A stretch of DNA of 64,000 bases, from positions 1,042,924-1,106,923 of the forward strand of contig KV454015.1 in NCBI GenBank assembly GCA_001661245.1, given 5' to 3'. Made by a program: the position numbers and the translations under genes. Source of the stretch: Pachysolen tannophilus NRRL Y-2460 (Eukaryota). Positions 1-10,981 of this stretch are shown here, piece by piece. The notes beneath the pieces were generated by a model that had not been told where the DNA came from, did not search any database, and saw only the letters and a list, made by a program, of their open reading frames with translations. Every line of letters starts with the position of its first letter. The first letter of the stretch is position 1.

Positions 1-312
1 AATATCTTTTCTATCTTGATAAATTTTATGATATTTCTTCATCACTTCAGAAATTCTGCTATAACTCAGATCCTTGTCAAGTTCAGTATGATATTCAAAT
101 AACAATTTTTCAAAATCATAACAGTTTCTTAAATTATCATATATATGAAAGCTCGATTTCAAATTTCTATTCGCTTTAAACTCTTTCCTTACAATGTATA
201 AAATTTCTTCATTTATAGTTGAAGGTAAGTGAATTGAATGTCGTAAAAGGGTTCTGTATAATACCAATACCGCTGCCTTATGCATCAGGCTCTCTCGAAG
301 AGGTAAAACCAT
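1..312 (-). CDS. RRG1: Rrg1-like LYR-motif mitochondrial protein, N-terminal part (runs off the window start)
   Basis: Not in the ORF track. Manual translation from ATG 312 gives MVLPLRES.MHKAAVLVLYRTLLRHS...IVRKEFKANRNLKSSFHIYDNL, open to base 1. It resembles the Rrg1 N-terminus (HKSYVLSLYRTVLR...KSSWSVY). RRG1 neighbours RPS13 and AIM7 in S. cerevisiae. Confidence 0.75.
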   Translation of the reverse strand, partial: MVLPLRESLMHKAAVLVLYRTLLRHSIHLPSTINEEILYIVRKEFKANRNLKSSFHIYDNLRNCYDFEKLLFEYHTELDKDLSYSRISEVMKKYHKIYQDRKDI

Positions 313-656
313 TCTATGTTTCTCTCAGGCACATCATTCATATAAGTATCTAAATGAACACAAGCACCATCCATTTAAACCGCAAGAAGTTTCGTCTATC
401 TAATTTACTACTGCTGCTGTAGTAAATGAGCTTGAAAAAAAATCGATCTTCTCCAAAAAGCCAAATTTTTCTCCGCTTCTTCTCTTTAGTTTTCCGTTAC
501 GGAGAAGCAAGTAGAAGTTTTATTGATAAGTCGGAGAAGATTGTTTTTTTGTGAGGAAGTTCTTAGTGTCTTCTTCACCTATAAACAAAGTTATAGTTAT
601 AGATAATTTGTAAACTTGTTGCTCAGTTAATGATTTAAAGACTGTATATCAGAAAA

Positions 657-1282
657 ATGGTGAGTGATTATTTTTTCATTGTTTAAAATATTGGGTAGGA
701 ATTATACTAATAACTAATTGTGTTGTAATTTAGTCGCCTCAAATACCTTCAAAGAGTATTCCTTTGACATTAAAGTTGAAGAATAATTCATATACTTTTT
801 TCTTATTGTCAAGCATAAATGATACCATCAAAGATTTGAAAATACAATTGGCGGAGATGGTTAATGAATCTGGAGGGTATATAAGAGATTCAAAACCTGA
901 GATTATGAGCGATGGTATAAGTAAAGGACGGGATACAGAAGATGGTGTGGATGATGAAATAGAGATTCCCAAACCTTCGTTTGATCTTGCCTCATCTGAT
1001 GAAGAAGTAGAGGAAGGAGATGAAGACGTTAAGATGAATGAAGATGAAAGCTCTACTAAAGATATTAAGAAAGGAGTTAGAGTAAAACCTGAAGATTTAA
1101 AAATTGCAATTTCGAAAAACAAATCAAATTTTTATGATTATAAGAGTATTTTAATTTTGGACAACGATAAGGAAATATTAAATAATGTTGAAAATATTCA
1201 AGAAAATGGAATATTATTTTTCGGTTTACAAGATGAAGAAATTGTAGTTGTTGAACCGTTTGATGATAGAGATCAAACTTAA
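657..1282 (+). CDS. Uncharacterised acidic protein; exons 657-659 and 734-1282
   Basis: ATG 657, donor GTGAGT 660, branch-like TACTAAT, acceptor TAG 731-733. Exon 2 joins in frame with the ORF at 764 (MSPQIPSKSIPLTLKLK...). Confidence 0.7.
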
Positions 1283-1376
1283 TTTTGTAAAAATCTAGTG
1301 TTAGAGAAAAAAATCATTTTTTATTGTTATTACCAATATATATATAAAAAAAAACATAAAAAGCACATTTAGCAAC

Positions 1377-2213
1377 TTAGTTAACCAAAGCTGAAGCAGT
1401 TGCAGATTCGTACTTCCAGTTTGGAGGTAAAACTGAAACAGTTCTGTAGTATCTAGCTAATCTGTGGATTCTTGATTCGATTAAAATTAATCTGAATTTA
1501 GAATCTTTGTCTTTTCTATTTCTGTCTAAATGTTTTCTAACAGAGACAGCTTTCTTGATTAAGTAGTATAAATCTTCTGGAATTTCTGGAGCTAAACCAT
1601 TTGACTTTAAGATTCTTAAAATCTTGTTACCAGTGATAACTTTAGCTTGAGTAACACCGTGAGAATCTCTTAATTGAACACCAATTTGAGAAGGAGTTAA
1701 ACCTTTTCTAGCGTATTTGATGATTTGTTCAACAACAGCTTCTTGGGACAATTTGAACCAAGCTGGAGCATTTCTTGAATATGGAATGGCACTCGATGAG
1801 ATACCTTTACCCTGTAATAAAAAAAAAATAAAAGTTAGTAAACTTATTTTAAAAATGAAAAACCTACTTGAATATAAATATATTACCTATAGAGTAAAGC
1901 TTAGCAATTTGGAAACAACCATTTTCGCAACAACAACAACAGCAAAAAAGGTTGTTGAACTCATTACTGAGTCAGCTCCCTGCCAAGTCAATATCTTGCA
2001 AAAATGATTTATTATCGCTTCCAAATACCAAAAATCTTTCTCCTGGGATTGATACATTTATTTCTAGTTCTCACACAAAACTGGTATCGAACAGTATATA
2101 ATGGACATCAGTTCAGCTCATTTTAGAACAGTATGTCGCCACCGAATCGATCCAAATTTTGTAATATATCAGAGGATTCAAATATTACACACCTTACTGT
2201 GCATACGACCCAT
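1377..2213 (-). CDS. RPS13: 40S ribosomal protein S13 (uS15); exons 2213-2193 and 1811-1377, intron 1812-2192
   Basis: Spliced product [29 protein letters not shown]...[16 protein letters not shown]. Donor GTGTGT, branch TACTAAC, acceptor CAG. Confidence 0.98.
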
Positions 2214-2329
2214 TTTGTATTGATTGTTATTTGATAAAAACTGATTTAAGCTAATGAATAAAAGAAATGAAAAAGAGAAATTAAATAGTATTTTTCAGCC
2301 AACCTTTGCAACACCAGTGCGAGAAAAGG

Positions 2330-2362
<33 letters not shown>

Positions 2363-2450
2363 TCACTTTTAATTATTTTCATCTACACTACCTTTTTCAC
2401 GGTGGAAAATTAATGAAAAAAATGTCTGGTGTTGGGTTGTACTATACAAA

Positions 2451-2466
2451 TAGGGTTACTAGCCCT
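2451..2466. promoter_or_regulatory. Tbf1-type palindromic ribosomal-protein promoter element
   Basis: TAGGGTTA-C-TAGCCCT about 240 bp upstream of RPS13; resembles the AGGGCTATAGCCCT Tbf1 element of Candida RP promoters. Confidence 0.6.
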
Positions 2467-2574
2467 CTTCTACTAATAATAACATTGACTAATAATAACA
2501 ATAATACCATCATCATCAAGTAAGTACATTAAATTATATTATCGATTTACTCATTTCATTGAAACATTTTTCAT

Positions 2575-3151
2575 TTATTCAACAATCTTTTCCTCGATAT
2601 CTTGGAATTCATCTTCATCTTCAATTTGTATAACTTTTGAAACTCCTGCTTTTTCTCTAAATAATTCCACTGCACCTGCGTATAACATCTTACTTTCCTG
2701 TGTTGATGTAGCCGGTCTATAGTATATTAACACTAGAGGTGATTTAATTCTTCCATCTTTCAACTTATAAGGATACGATAACACTATAAAACTTGGTGAA
2801 TTATCCGGTAATTCATCAACCAATTCATCAATACTTTTAGCAACTTGATTATCTGATTTTACTTCATATGTTTTCTTATCAATTTCATCTGTTCCAAAAA
2901 CTCGTTAATAATTGTTGTTAGCAGTTATTATCTCCATCAACACCCAATTAAAAATGAAAAATCATTACAAATATACTTACAAGTTATAGCTTCAAGTGTT
3001 GTAGCTCTTGAGCTTTGAAATCTAAATTTTTTTAGCTTGGTTAAAGTATCTTCAGAAAAACTATATAAAACTGAAGACTATAATAATTGTTAGTTTGATC
3101 AATTCATATGAGAAAAAAAATAATAATTTTTCCAATTCAATTACATACCAT
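2575..3151 (-). CDS. AIM7: Glia maturation factor (ADF-H family Arp2/3 debranching factor); exons 3151-3149, 3077-2981, 2888-2575
   Basis: Two introns (GTATGT..AACTAAC..TAG and GTAAGT..TGCTAAC..CAG) give M|SSVLYSFSEDTLTKLKKFRFQSSR...Y|EIDKKTYEV...ELPDNSPSFIVLSYP...KMLYAGA, a GMF signature. Confidence 0.93.
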
Positions 3152-3228
3152 AATTTACAAAATGCTAATCATCAATTCAATAAAAATAGATATTTTTTAT
3201 TCTAACCAATTGCCCCATATCAAGCAAC

Positions 3229-3262
<34 letters not shown>

Positions 3263-3479
3263 CTATGTATGATGATAATAATAATAATAATAATAACCTT
3301 TAAATGGAATTACTAACTAACCTAACCCGTAGAAAGCGCCGCCATTCTCGCCGAGCTTTAATAGCCGTGTGGCTAATCTGCAATCACATTTAGAACCTCT
3401 TAAAAAAAATAAAAAAAAAAAAAAAAAAAAGCCACATATTTCCCTTTTCATAACTAGGGTTTTAGGCTTTTATTGTTTT

Positions 3480-4030
3480 CTTATCATTTTTTCTTTTTTT
3501 TTGCTTTTTTAGTAAGCTGCTGAGCCGCAACGTCATCGTCATATATTAAAGCTGTACATCGCTACAGTCAAATTCCATGCTTAATTTTTTTAACTTTTTA
3601 ACTTTTTTTTTTTTCTTCTTTCCTTATCGGTGAAGAATAACTGGTCAACAGATAAACCAGCTAAAGCTACATTTACAATGCACCCGGAATCGGCAAATCA
3701 TCAAAAAAAACTGTCTGCTTTTTTTTTTTTTTTTTACAATCCATTAGCCACTTTTTTTTTTCTCTCTTTCTTTGCTCTTCTGTAAACGCTTTAAAAACTT
3801 ATCCTGGGGTGAAAATCAAGCCGGTAAAATTGGTGTAAAAAAAAAATTTTTTTTTTTTTGTCTTCATGCAGTATCTATCTATCTATCTATCTAATATGCA
3901 GCTCGAGCGAAATTAATCAATCATACCTGACTTAAACATTTTGGTCTGAAAATCAAAGATTTGATGATAGATTTTATCAGACAAGTGATATTGATTGATC
4001 ATCAGTTTTCTTTTTTTTTTTTTTTTTATC
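3480..4030. promoter_or_regulatory. GATA-factor (nitrogen catabolite repression) sites in the DUR3 promoter
   Basis: Several CTTATC/GATAA/TTTATC copies (about 3480, 3623, 3651, 3798, 3974, 4025) upstream of a urea permease; TATA-like TATATAAA near 4058. Confidence 0.6.
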
Positions 4031-4171
4031 TTTCTCCAATTTTTTTTTTTCAAAAAATATATAAAAGGTTATAAACTGCTGTAGAGGGAAGAGATCAAAT
4101 AAAATTTTTTTTATATTTGGAATACCCATAATTGAAATTTTTTCAAAAAAAAGGTATTGGATTTCGAGAAG

Positions 4172-6334
4172 ATGTCAACGTCAATTGCAGCTCTTCCGCA
4201 AGGAGCAGGTTATGCTGTTGTTGTTGGTTTGGGGTTTGTTTTTTCCCTTGGTATGATTGGAACCACTTATATCTTGCGTCGTTATCAAAAGGAAATTATT
4301 ACAGCAGAAGAGTTTTCTACAGCTGGTAGAAGTGTGAAAACAGGTCTTATTTCAGCCGCTGTTGTTTCTTCATGGACTTGGGCTGCTACTTTACTTCAGT
4401 CATCAACTGAAGCTTACGAGCATGGTGTTAGTGGACCTTTCTTTTATGCTAGTGGTGCTACTGTTCAAATTGTATTATTTGCATTTGTTGCAATTAAGGC
4501 AAAACAACTTGCTCCTGAGGCTCATACTTATTTAGAAATAGTGAAAGCTCGTTATGGTTCTACTGCACATTGGGTTTATATGTTTTTCGCAATTGCTACA
4601 AATATCCTCGTTACTGTAATGTTACTTACAGGTGGATCTGCTGTAATATCTGATTTGACTGGAATGTCAACTCCAGCTGCTTGTTTCCTTTTACCTGTTG
4701 GTGTCATGATTTATACATTGTTTGGTGGTATAAAAGCAACTTTCTTGACAGATTATGCTCATACTATAGCAATTGTGATTATAATTTTAACATTTGCATT
4801 CACAACATACCTGACAAATGAAACTTTGGGATCTCCAGGTGCAGTATGGGAACTTATCAAGAAAAGAGGTGAAGAATCACCAGTCTCAGGTAACGCAGGA
4901 GGTTCATACCTTACAATGCAATCCAAATCAGGTGGTATCTTTTTCGTCATTAATATTCTGGGTAATTTTGGTACTGTCTTTTTAGATAATGGTTATTGGA
5001 ACAAAGCCATTGCTAGTTCACCAGCATCTGCTTTACCAGGTTACGTTCTTGGGGGTCTAGCTTGGTTTGCAATTCCTTGGCTTACATCCACAACTATGGG
5101 TCTTGCATGTCTTGCCTTGGAAGATCAACCTTCATTCCCAACATATCCAAACAGATTGACTTCAGATCAAGTCTCTTCAGGATTAGTTTTACCAAGTGCT
5201 GCAGTTGCATTAATGGGTAAAGGTGGTGCTGTAGCAAGTTTAATTATGGTTTTCATGGCATGTACCAGTGCTTTGTCAGCTGAATTTATTGCAGTATCTT
5301 CAATTTTTAGTTATGATATTTATAAAGGTTATTTCAATCCTAAAATAACTGGAAAAAAATTGATTATGACTTCACATTTTGCTGTTGTTGCATTTGGTAT
5401 TTCTATGAGTGGATTTTCAACTGGATTATATTATGCTGGTGTTAGTATGGGTTATCTTTATGAACTTATGGGTGTTATTATTTCTGCAGCTGTTATACCT
5501 TCTACATTAACATTAATGTCAGCAAAACAAAATAAGGCTGCAGCAATTTTATCTCCAATTTTAGGTACTGCTGTAGCAATTGCAGCATGGTTAGGCTCTA
5601 CTAAATCACTTTATGGCTCCGTAAGTTATGAAAATACCTTTGAAGATGATCCTATGTTAATTGGTAATGTGGTTGCATTACTTTCTCCAATTATATTTAT
5701 ACCTATTCTTACGATAGCTTTTAAACCTCAAAACTTCAATTGGGAAATATTGAAAAACATCAAACGTGTTGATGAAACAGTTGAGATCCTTGAAGCTGAA
5801 AGCTCAAATAAAAAAGTCGATGATAATGAAAAAATGGAACCAGTGACTTCTACAATAACTGAATATGCCCATGGAATTGCTGAAGAACGTCGTCTGATTG
5901 CCATGAAAGAAGAAGAAGAAAATTTAAGAAAAGCTTCAAAAACAGCTGGTATCATATGTTTGGTTCTCTTACTTTGTTTTGTCATTTTATGGCCAATGCC
6001 AATGTATGGAACTGGGTATATTTTTTCAAAGAAATTCTTTACTGGTTGGGTCGTTGTTGGAATTATTTGGATATTTTTCACTGGATTCATGGTTTGTATA
6101 TTCCCATTATATGAAGGAAGAGAAGGCATATACACATCTCTTCGCGGTATATACTGGGATCTCACTGGACAAACTTATAAACTTAGAGCATGGCAAAACG
6201 AGCATCCAGAGAAACTTCATGCAGTTCAAAGTCAAATTTCTGCAGAAATACACAGAAATGAGAATATTGAACAAATAATGGATCCAACTAGCTCTCCTAG
6301 AATTGATGAAAAAGAATCTGCTTCCACTTCTTGA
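4172..6334 (+). CDS. DUR3: Urea/polyamine active transporter (sodium:solute symporter family)
   Basis: Motifs [37 protein letters not shown] and [17 protein letters not shown], with many TM helices. First ATG at 4172. Confidence 0.95.
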   Translation: MSTSIAALPQGAGYAVVVGLGFVFSLGMIGTTYILRRYQKEIITAEEFSTAGRSVKTGLISAAVVSSWTWAATLLQSSTEAYEHGVSGPFFYASGATVQIVLFAFVAIKAKQLAPEAHTYLEIVKARYGSTAHWVYMFFAIATNILVTVMLLTGGSAVISDLTGMSTPAACFLLPVGVMIYTLFGGIKATFLTDYAHTIAIVIIILTFAFTTYLTNETLGSPGAVWELIKKRGEESPVSGNAGGSYLTMQSKSGGIFFVINILGNFGTVFLDNGYWNKAIASSPASALPGYVLGGLAWFAIPWLTSTTMGLACLALEDQPSFPTYPNRLTSDQVSSGLVLPSAAVALMGKGGAVASLIMVFMACTSALSAEFIAVSSIFSYDIYKGYFNPKITGKKLIMTSHFAVVAFGISMSGFSTGLYYAGVSMGYLYELMGVIISAAVIPSTLTLMSAKQNKAAAILSPILGTAVAIAAWLGSTKSLYGSVSYENTFEDDPMLIGNVVALLSPIIFIPILTIAFKPQNFNWEILKNIKRVDETVEILEAESSNKKVDDNEKMEPVTSTITEYAHGIAEERRLIAMKEEEENLRKASKTAGIICLVLLLCFVILWPMPMYGTGYIFSKKFFTGWVVVGIIWIFFTGFMVCIFPLYEGREGIYTSLRGIYWDLTGQTYKLRAWQNEHPEKLHAVQSQISAEIHRNENIEQIMDPTSSPRIDEKESASTS

Positions 6335-6587
6335 GTTGATTTTCTCTTTTTTTGAATATTTTGTTTTCTTTTTTTTTTTGCCTTTCTTTTCTCTAAATTT
6401 TGTGTTTTTTTTCTTTTGTGTGAGTAGTTCTACTTTTGAATTATTAGTGAAAAATAGTAATTGAGCTTCTAAGTTGTGTATTATAAATTACCAATGTATA
6501 TTCTATAGTTGTTCAACATCTATTTACAACTCTTTGCAAAAAAAATAAAGGAAAAAAATAAATAAAAATCAATCAATCTTTAAATCT

Positions 6588-7898
6588 TCAAGCTTCACCA
6601 ATTGCTCTTAATTCATCGTATTTAATAACGGCATTCAATAAAGTCTTAAACCCATTCTCACATTGTTCTGGAGTACTATACTCTTCTGGATTATGACTAA
6701 CTCCATCTTTACTAGGAATGAAAATAAAACCTGTTGGAACTCTAGCTGATGTAGAACATGAATCATGGCCAGCACCACTAATCATTTTGATGCAGTTTTC
6801 TTCTCCAAATAATGCATTTGAACTTTCTTCGACACATTGAATACATTTTTCATTAAAATGAACAGCAGGAGAAGTATAGATATGTTCAAATTCGACTTTT
6901 AATGGCTTTGAAGTTTTTGATCCGTTACCTTTTTCTGCAATAAGTTCAAATTCCTCTTTGAGCTCATTGATAATTGTAGCTAACCCTTGATCTGTCTCAT
7001 GTCTGGCATCTAATGTAAAACTGACTTTATTTGGAATTACATTTGCTACAGCAGGCTCTAAGTTTAAAATACCAACAGAGCATAAACCAGAATTTTTGTG
7101 AGCAATTTCATTGGCCTTGACAACCATTTGAGATGCGGTCAAAAGCGCATCTGCTCTACTATTCAAAGGAGTAGTCCCAGTATGTTGTGCTTTACCTTTA
7201 ACAATAACATTATACCATACGTATGCCTGAACACCAACAACAATTCCAATTTCCTTTTTTTGTTCTTCCAAGATTGGACCTTGCTCGATATGTAATTCAA
7301 AATGAGCAGCAATTGGATTCAGTTCATAATTTGCTGGAATATCTCCTAAATACCCAATTCTTTCTAATTCATGTTTAACTGTAACAGGTTTGGAATCTGT
7401 AACAGATTCCATCTTGTAAATCTCTTCTTTTGTTTGTAACCCAGCCCAGACAGAAGAAGCCATTAAACTTTGTGGGAAACGAGCACCTTCCTCATTCATC
7501 CAGTTAATAACTCCAACGGGATAGTTAGGAGTAAACCCATTGTCTTTAAAAGTTCTCAAGACTTCTAAACCAGATAAAACTCCCAAGATACCATCGTATC
7601 TACCACCAGTTGGTTGAGTATCAAGGTGAGAACCCATGCATGTTGGTGGACCTGTATTTTTACCCGGATAAATTGCAAACATATTTCCAACTTCATCAAT
7701 CTTAATTTCACAACCCAATTTTTTAGTCTCTTCATAAAACCAATCTTTAACTTTCTTATCTTCATCACTTAAAGCTAATCGGCAAACTCCTGTTTCTGTA
7801 CTGGCGCTACCCCAAGCAAATTTGGCACCAAATTGTGCAGTTTCATGAATAGTCTTGATTAGCCTTCCAGGAGCTATTGTCAAAGCCTTAGCTGGCAT
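6588..7898 (-). CDS. PYD3: M20-family Zn amidohydrolase, beta-ureidopropionase / N-carbamoyl-amino-acid hydrolase (Pyd3-like)
   Basis: GSHLDTQP..G.YDGILGVL, NEEGARF, HFELHIEQGPILE, SGAGHDS and SKDGVSHN motifs; collinear with L. kluyveri beta-alanine synthase. Orthologue versus paralogue is unresolved. Confidence 0.8.
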   Translation of the reverse strand: MPAKALTIAPGRLIKTIHETAQFGAKFAWGSASTETGVCRLALSDEDKKVKDWFYEETKKLGCEIKIDEVGNMFAIYPGKNTGPPTCMGSHLDTQPTGGRYDGILGVLSGLEVLRTFKDNGFTPNYPVGVINWMNEEGARFPQSLMASSVWAGLQTKEEIYKMESVTDSKPVTVKHELERIGYLGDIPANYELNPIAAHFELHIEQGPILEEQKKEIGIVVGVQAYVWYNVIVKGKAQHTGTTPLNSRADALLTASQMVVKANEIAHKNSGLCSVGILNLEPAVANVIPNKVSFTLDARHETDQGLATIINELKEEFELIAEKGNGSKTSKPLKVEFEHIYTSPAVHFNEKCIQCVEESSNALFGEENCIKMISGAGHDSCSTSARVPTGFIFIPSKDGVSHNPEEYSTPEQCENGFKTLLNAVIKYDELRAIGEA

Positions 7899-8606
7899 CT
7901 CTTCTCAATTGAAAAATTATTTTTGCAGTAAGAGAAACTCCATTCTACTTGCATTTTTGATTCAAGTTAAGTAATTCTTGTCTTTAAATATCCGGGGTCT
8001 ATTTTTTTTAGACTCGCCTATTTAACTGATAAGAATTTTAGTTCGCCTAAATTCAATTCAATTTGGTAATTCTATAGATAGGGGTACCAGATAAGAGATT
8101 GACCCCCCAACGGAAATCGGTGATCACCTGTTGTATCTTTGTGAACGACCGTATAAATGGGTTTTACAGAGTAATAGGAAACAACAAAATCACCCAATTA
8201 TGGGTTCTCTTGATGAAGGAATCAATTTTCATCTTGTTGGAGATATTCTGCTTGCTTTTGCTTTAATTTTACATATATATATATCCATATATCCATGTGT
8301 ACTTGTCTAGTATTTTAGTTGTAAATTTCACTATTGTATACATGAATTTGATCGTATCTGCATGAATAACTTTTTAAATATTCTAAATAGATAAGTAAGA
8401 AACAGCTCTGACATCTGATGCAAAGAGCGGTTATGATTTCTTTTTTGGAATGGTAAGGGTTTCCATTTCAAGAAAACGATGGGTAATATAAAAAGAATTT
8501 CATTTCCTTGGTCTTCTTTTTTTTTTTAGTATTCTAGCTCATTAGGTACTATTTTCCATCTATCACCGTATAATAGAAAAAAAAATTGAGATTTTTCCCA
8601 TAGGCG
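7899..8606. promoter_or_regulatory. Divergent promoter shared by the carbamoylase and the second permease, with GATAAG sites
   Basis: GATAAG at 8028, 8090 and 8390; CGGAAATCGG at 8111; TCGCCTA twice (about 8014 and 8043). Confidence 0.6.
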
Positions 8607-10646
8607 ATGAGCGAATATATTTTGAGTCAAGGCTATGGTTATGGTTACGCTGTTGGGTTAGGGGCACTATTTTGCTTCATTATGTTAACCATTACCAAAT
8701 TATTGACAAAATATATGGGCCAAGTACAAAATTCTGAAAGATTTTCTACAGCAGCTCGTAGTGTCAACTCTGGTCTTATTGCATCGGCTACAGTCAGTTC
8801 TTGGACTTGGCCAGCAACTTTACTTTCTTCTTCTACATGGTCGTATAGCCATGGTATAAGTGGTTCATATCTTTACGGAGTTGGTGGTACAATTCAAATT
8901 ATTCTTTTTGTCTTACTTGCTTTGGAAATGAAAAGAATAGCCCCAGGTGTACATACGATTGCAGAGTTAGTAAGAGTCAGATTTGGTAAAACTGGACATT
9001 GGGTTTACTTGTGTTACTGTGTAGTCACAAATATTTTGGTTTCTTCGTTATTATTATTAGGTGGATCACAAGGTTTTGAAAGTACGTGTGGCATGCATAT
9101 AGTTGCAGCAAGTTTCTTATTACCATTAGGTGTTTGTATCTATACATTATTTGGTGGTTTACATGCAACTTTTTTATCTGATTGGATTCATACTGTTATT
9201 ATCTATATGATTATTTGCATAATGTGTTTTGTAACTTATGGTTCTTCATCAATAATTGGTTCCATAGATAAAATGTACGATATGCTTGAAGCAGTACAGG
9301 AAAAATTCCCAAATGCTACTGGTAAAAATTATTTGTCATTTGATGATCCACAAATGATCATGTTGACTTGGTCTGTGATGATCGGTGGATTGTCATCTGT
9401 CTTTGGTGATCCTTCTTATGGTCAAAAAGCTATTGCTGCAGATGCTAAAGGTATTTTTATGGGATATGTCCTTGGAGGTGTATGTTGGTTGGTTGTACCT
9501 TGGGCTCTTGGGACAAGTGCTGGTCTCACTGCTAGAGCTTTATTGTTAAACCCAGCATCATTTACTTATCCAAACGAATTGACAGATGATGAAGTAAGTG
9601 CCGGTTTACCTGCTATTTATGCAATGGGTAGTATATTAGGTAAAAGTGGAGCTGCTGCAGGATTGTTAATGTTATTCATGTCTGTAACATCTGCAACTTC
9701 TGCGGAACTAATTGCATTTTCATCAGTTGCAACATATGATATTTATCGTAGTTACATTAAACCTGATGCAACAGGTAAGGAATTGATCAGGTTTACTCAC
9801 CTTGCTGTTATAGGTTTCAGTTTATTCATGGCTGCAATTTCTATAGTTTTCAACTATATTGGTGTTACAGTGGGATGGCTTTTAAGTTTCACAGGTATAA
9901 TTCTTTCACCTGAAGTTTTTGCTATTACAATGACTTTATTCTGGAAAAAAATGTCCAAATGGGCTTTGATTATTGGTTGTCCATTGGGCACTTTATCTGG
10001 TGTTGCTTGTTGGTTGGGAACAACTGCTGCTTATAACAACAATCTCTTGGATAAAGATACCTTAGCAACAAACCCGGCTAGTTTAGTTGGTAATCTTGTT
10101 TCTCTATTTTCGGCTCCTATTTATTTTGTTATAATATCGTACTTAAAACCTGATGAAGAACCATTTGATTTTACTGTTTACGAGACCGCTTTTATTGCGG
10201 GTGATGACGCAGACACGGAAGAAAAAGCAGCCATGAAAGTTTCAGATGAAGAGAAAAGAAAATTAAAAAGGTTATCTTATGTTTGCATTGTCTTAAATGT
10301 GATTTTATTATTTGGCGCATATATAATCTTACCTGTTTCATATCTTGGCACAGGTTATACTTTCAGTAAGCCGTATTTTAGACAATGGATTATAATTATG
10401 ATGATTTGGTTGGTAATTGCAGCAGCATATATTGTCATCATGCCATTGTATCAAGGTAGACATGTAATGAAAGAGTTGGTAAATGCTATATTTAAAGGAA
10501 GAGAAACAGAATACCAACAATCTTTACATACCACTACCACTACTCACTTGGATTCAATGACCAGTTCAAATTCTGGTGATAAGAATGTACAAGCAGAAAC
10601 TCACAAAGATCTTGCAAATGTGAAGGTTCGATCTGTTGAACTGTAA
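8607..10646 (+). CDS. Second DUR3-family solute symporter (divergent paralogue, substrate unknown)
   Basis: SERFSTAARSVNSGL, SSWTWPATLL and GGLHATFLSDW motifs; has SVFGDPSYGQKAI where Dur3 has [13 protein letters not shown]. Confidence 0.9.
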   Translation: MSEYILSQGYGYGYAVGLGALFCFIMLTITKLLTKYMGQVQNSERFSTAARSVNSGLIASATVSSWTWPATLLSSSTWSYSHGISGSYLYGVGGTIQIILFVLLALEMKRIAPGVHTIAELVRVRFGKTGHWVYLCYCVVTNILVSSLLLLGGSQGFESTCGMHIVAASFLLPLGVCIYTLFGGLHATFLSDWIHTVIIYMIICIMCFVTYGSSSIIGSIDKMYDMLEAVQEKFPNATGKNYLSFDDPQMIMLTWSVMIGGLSSVFGDPSYGQKAIAADAKGIFMGYVLGGVCWLVVPWALGTSAGLTARALLLNPASFTYPNELTDDEVSAGLPAIYAMGSILGKSGAAAGLLMLFMSVTSATSAELIAFSSVATYDIYRSYIKPDATGKELIRFTHLAVIGFSLFMAAISIVFNYIGVTVGWLLSFTGIILSPEVFAITMTLFWKKMSKWALIIGCPLGTLSGVACWLGTTAAYNNNLLDKDTLATNPASLVGNLVSLFSAPIYFVIISYLKPDEEPFDFTVYETAFIAGDDADTEEKAAMKVSDEEKRKLKRLSYVCIVLNVILLFGAYIILPVSYLGTGYTFSKPYFRQWIIIMMIWLVIAAAYIVIMPLYQGRHVMKELVNAIFKGRETEYQQSLHTTTTTHLDSMTSSNSGDKNVQAETHKDLANVKVRSVEL

Positions 10647-10981
10647 TTGATAAGCTTATATTTGTCTTCGTTTTTTCCTGCTTCTTATTTTGATGGTTAT
10701 AAATTAATACTTTAATATACGTTCCAGCTGCAAATTCAGTCATAATTCTACTTATTTGATTTAAAGAAAAGAATCCTTATATTTTTAAAGCGTTATCATT
10801 AACATCAATCATATCACTAAAGTCAGCAAAAAAAAAAAAAAAAAGAAATAAATAAATAAATAAAACAAATAAGTAATAATAAACTAAAAAATAAAACATA
10901 AGATGAGACCTAGCATTAACATTCATTGCTATTAAGGCAATAGGTTATTGTCTATCGTAGTTTTCCAACAACTTAAAGAAA

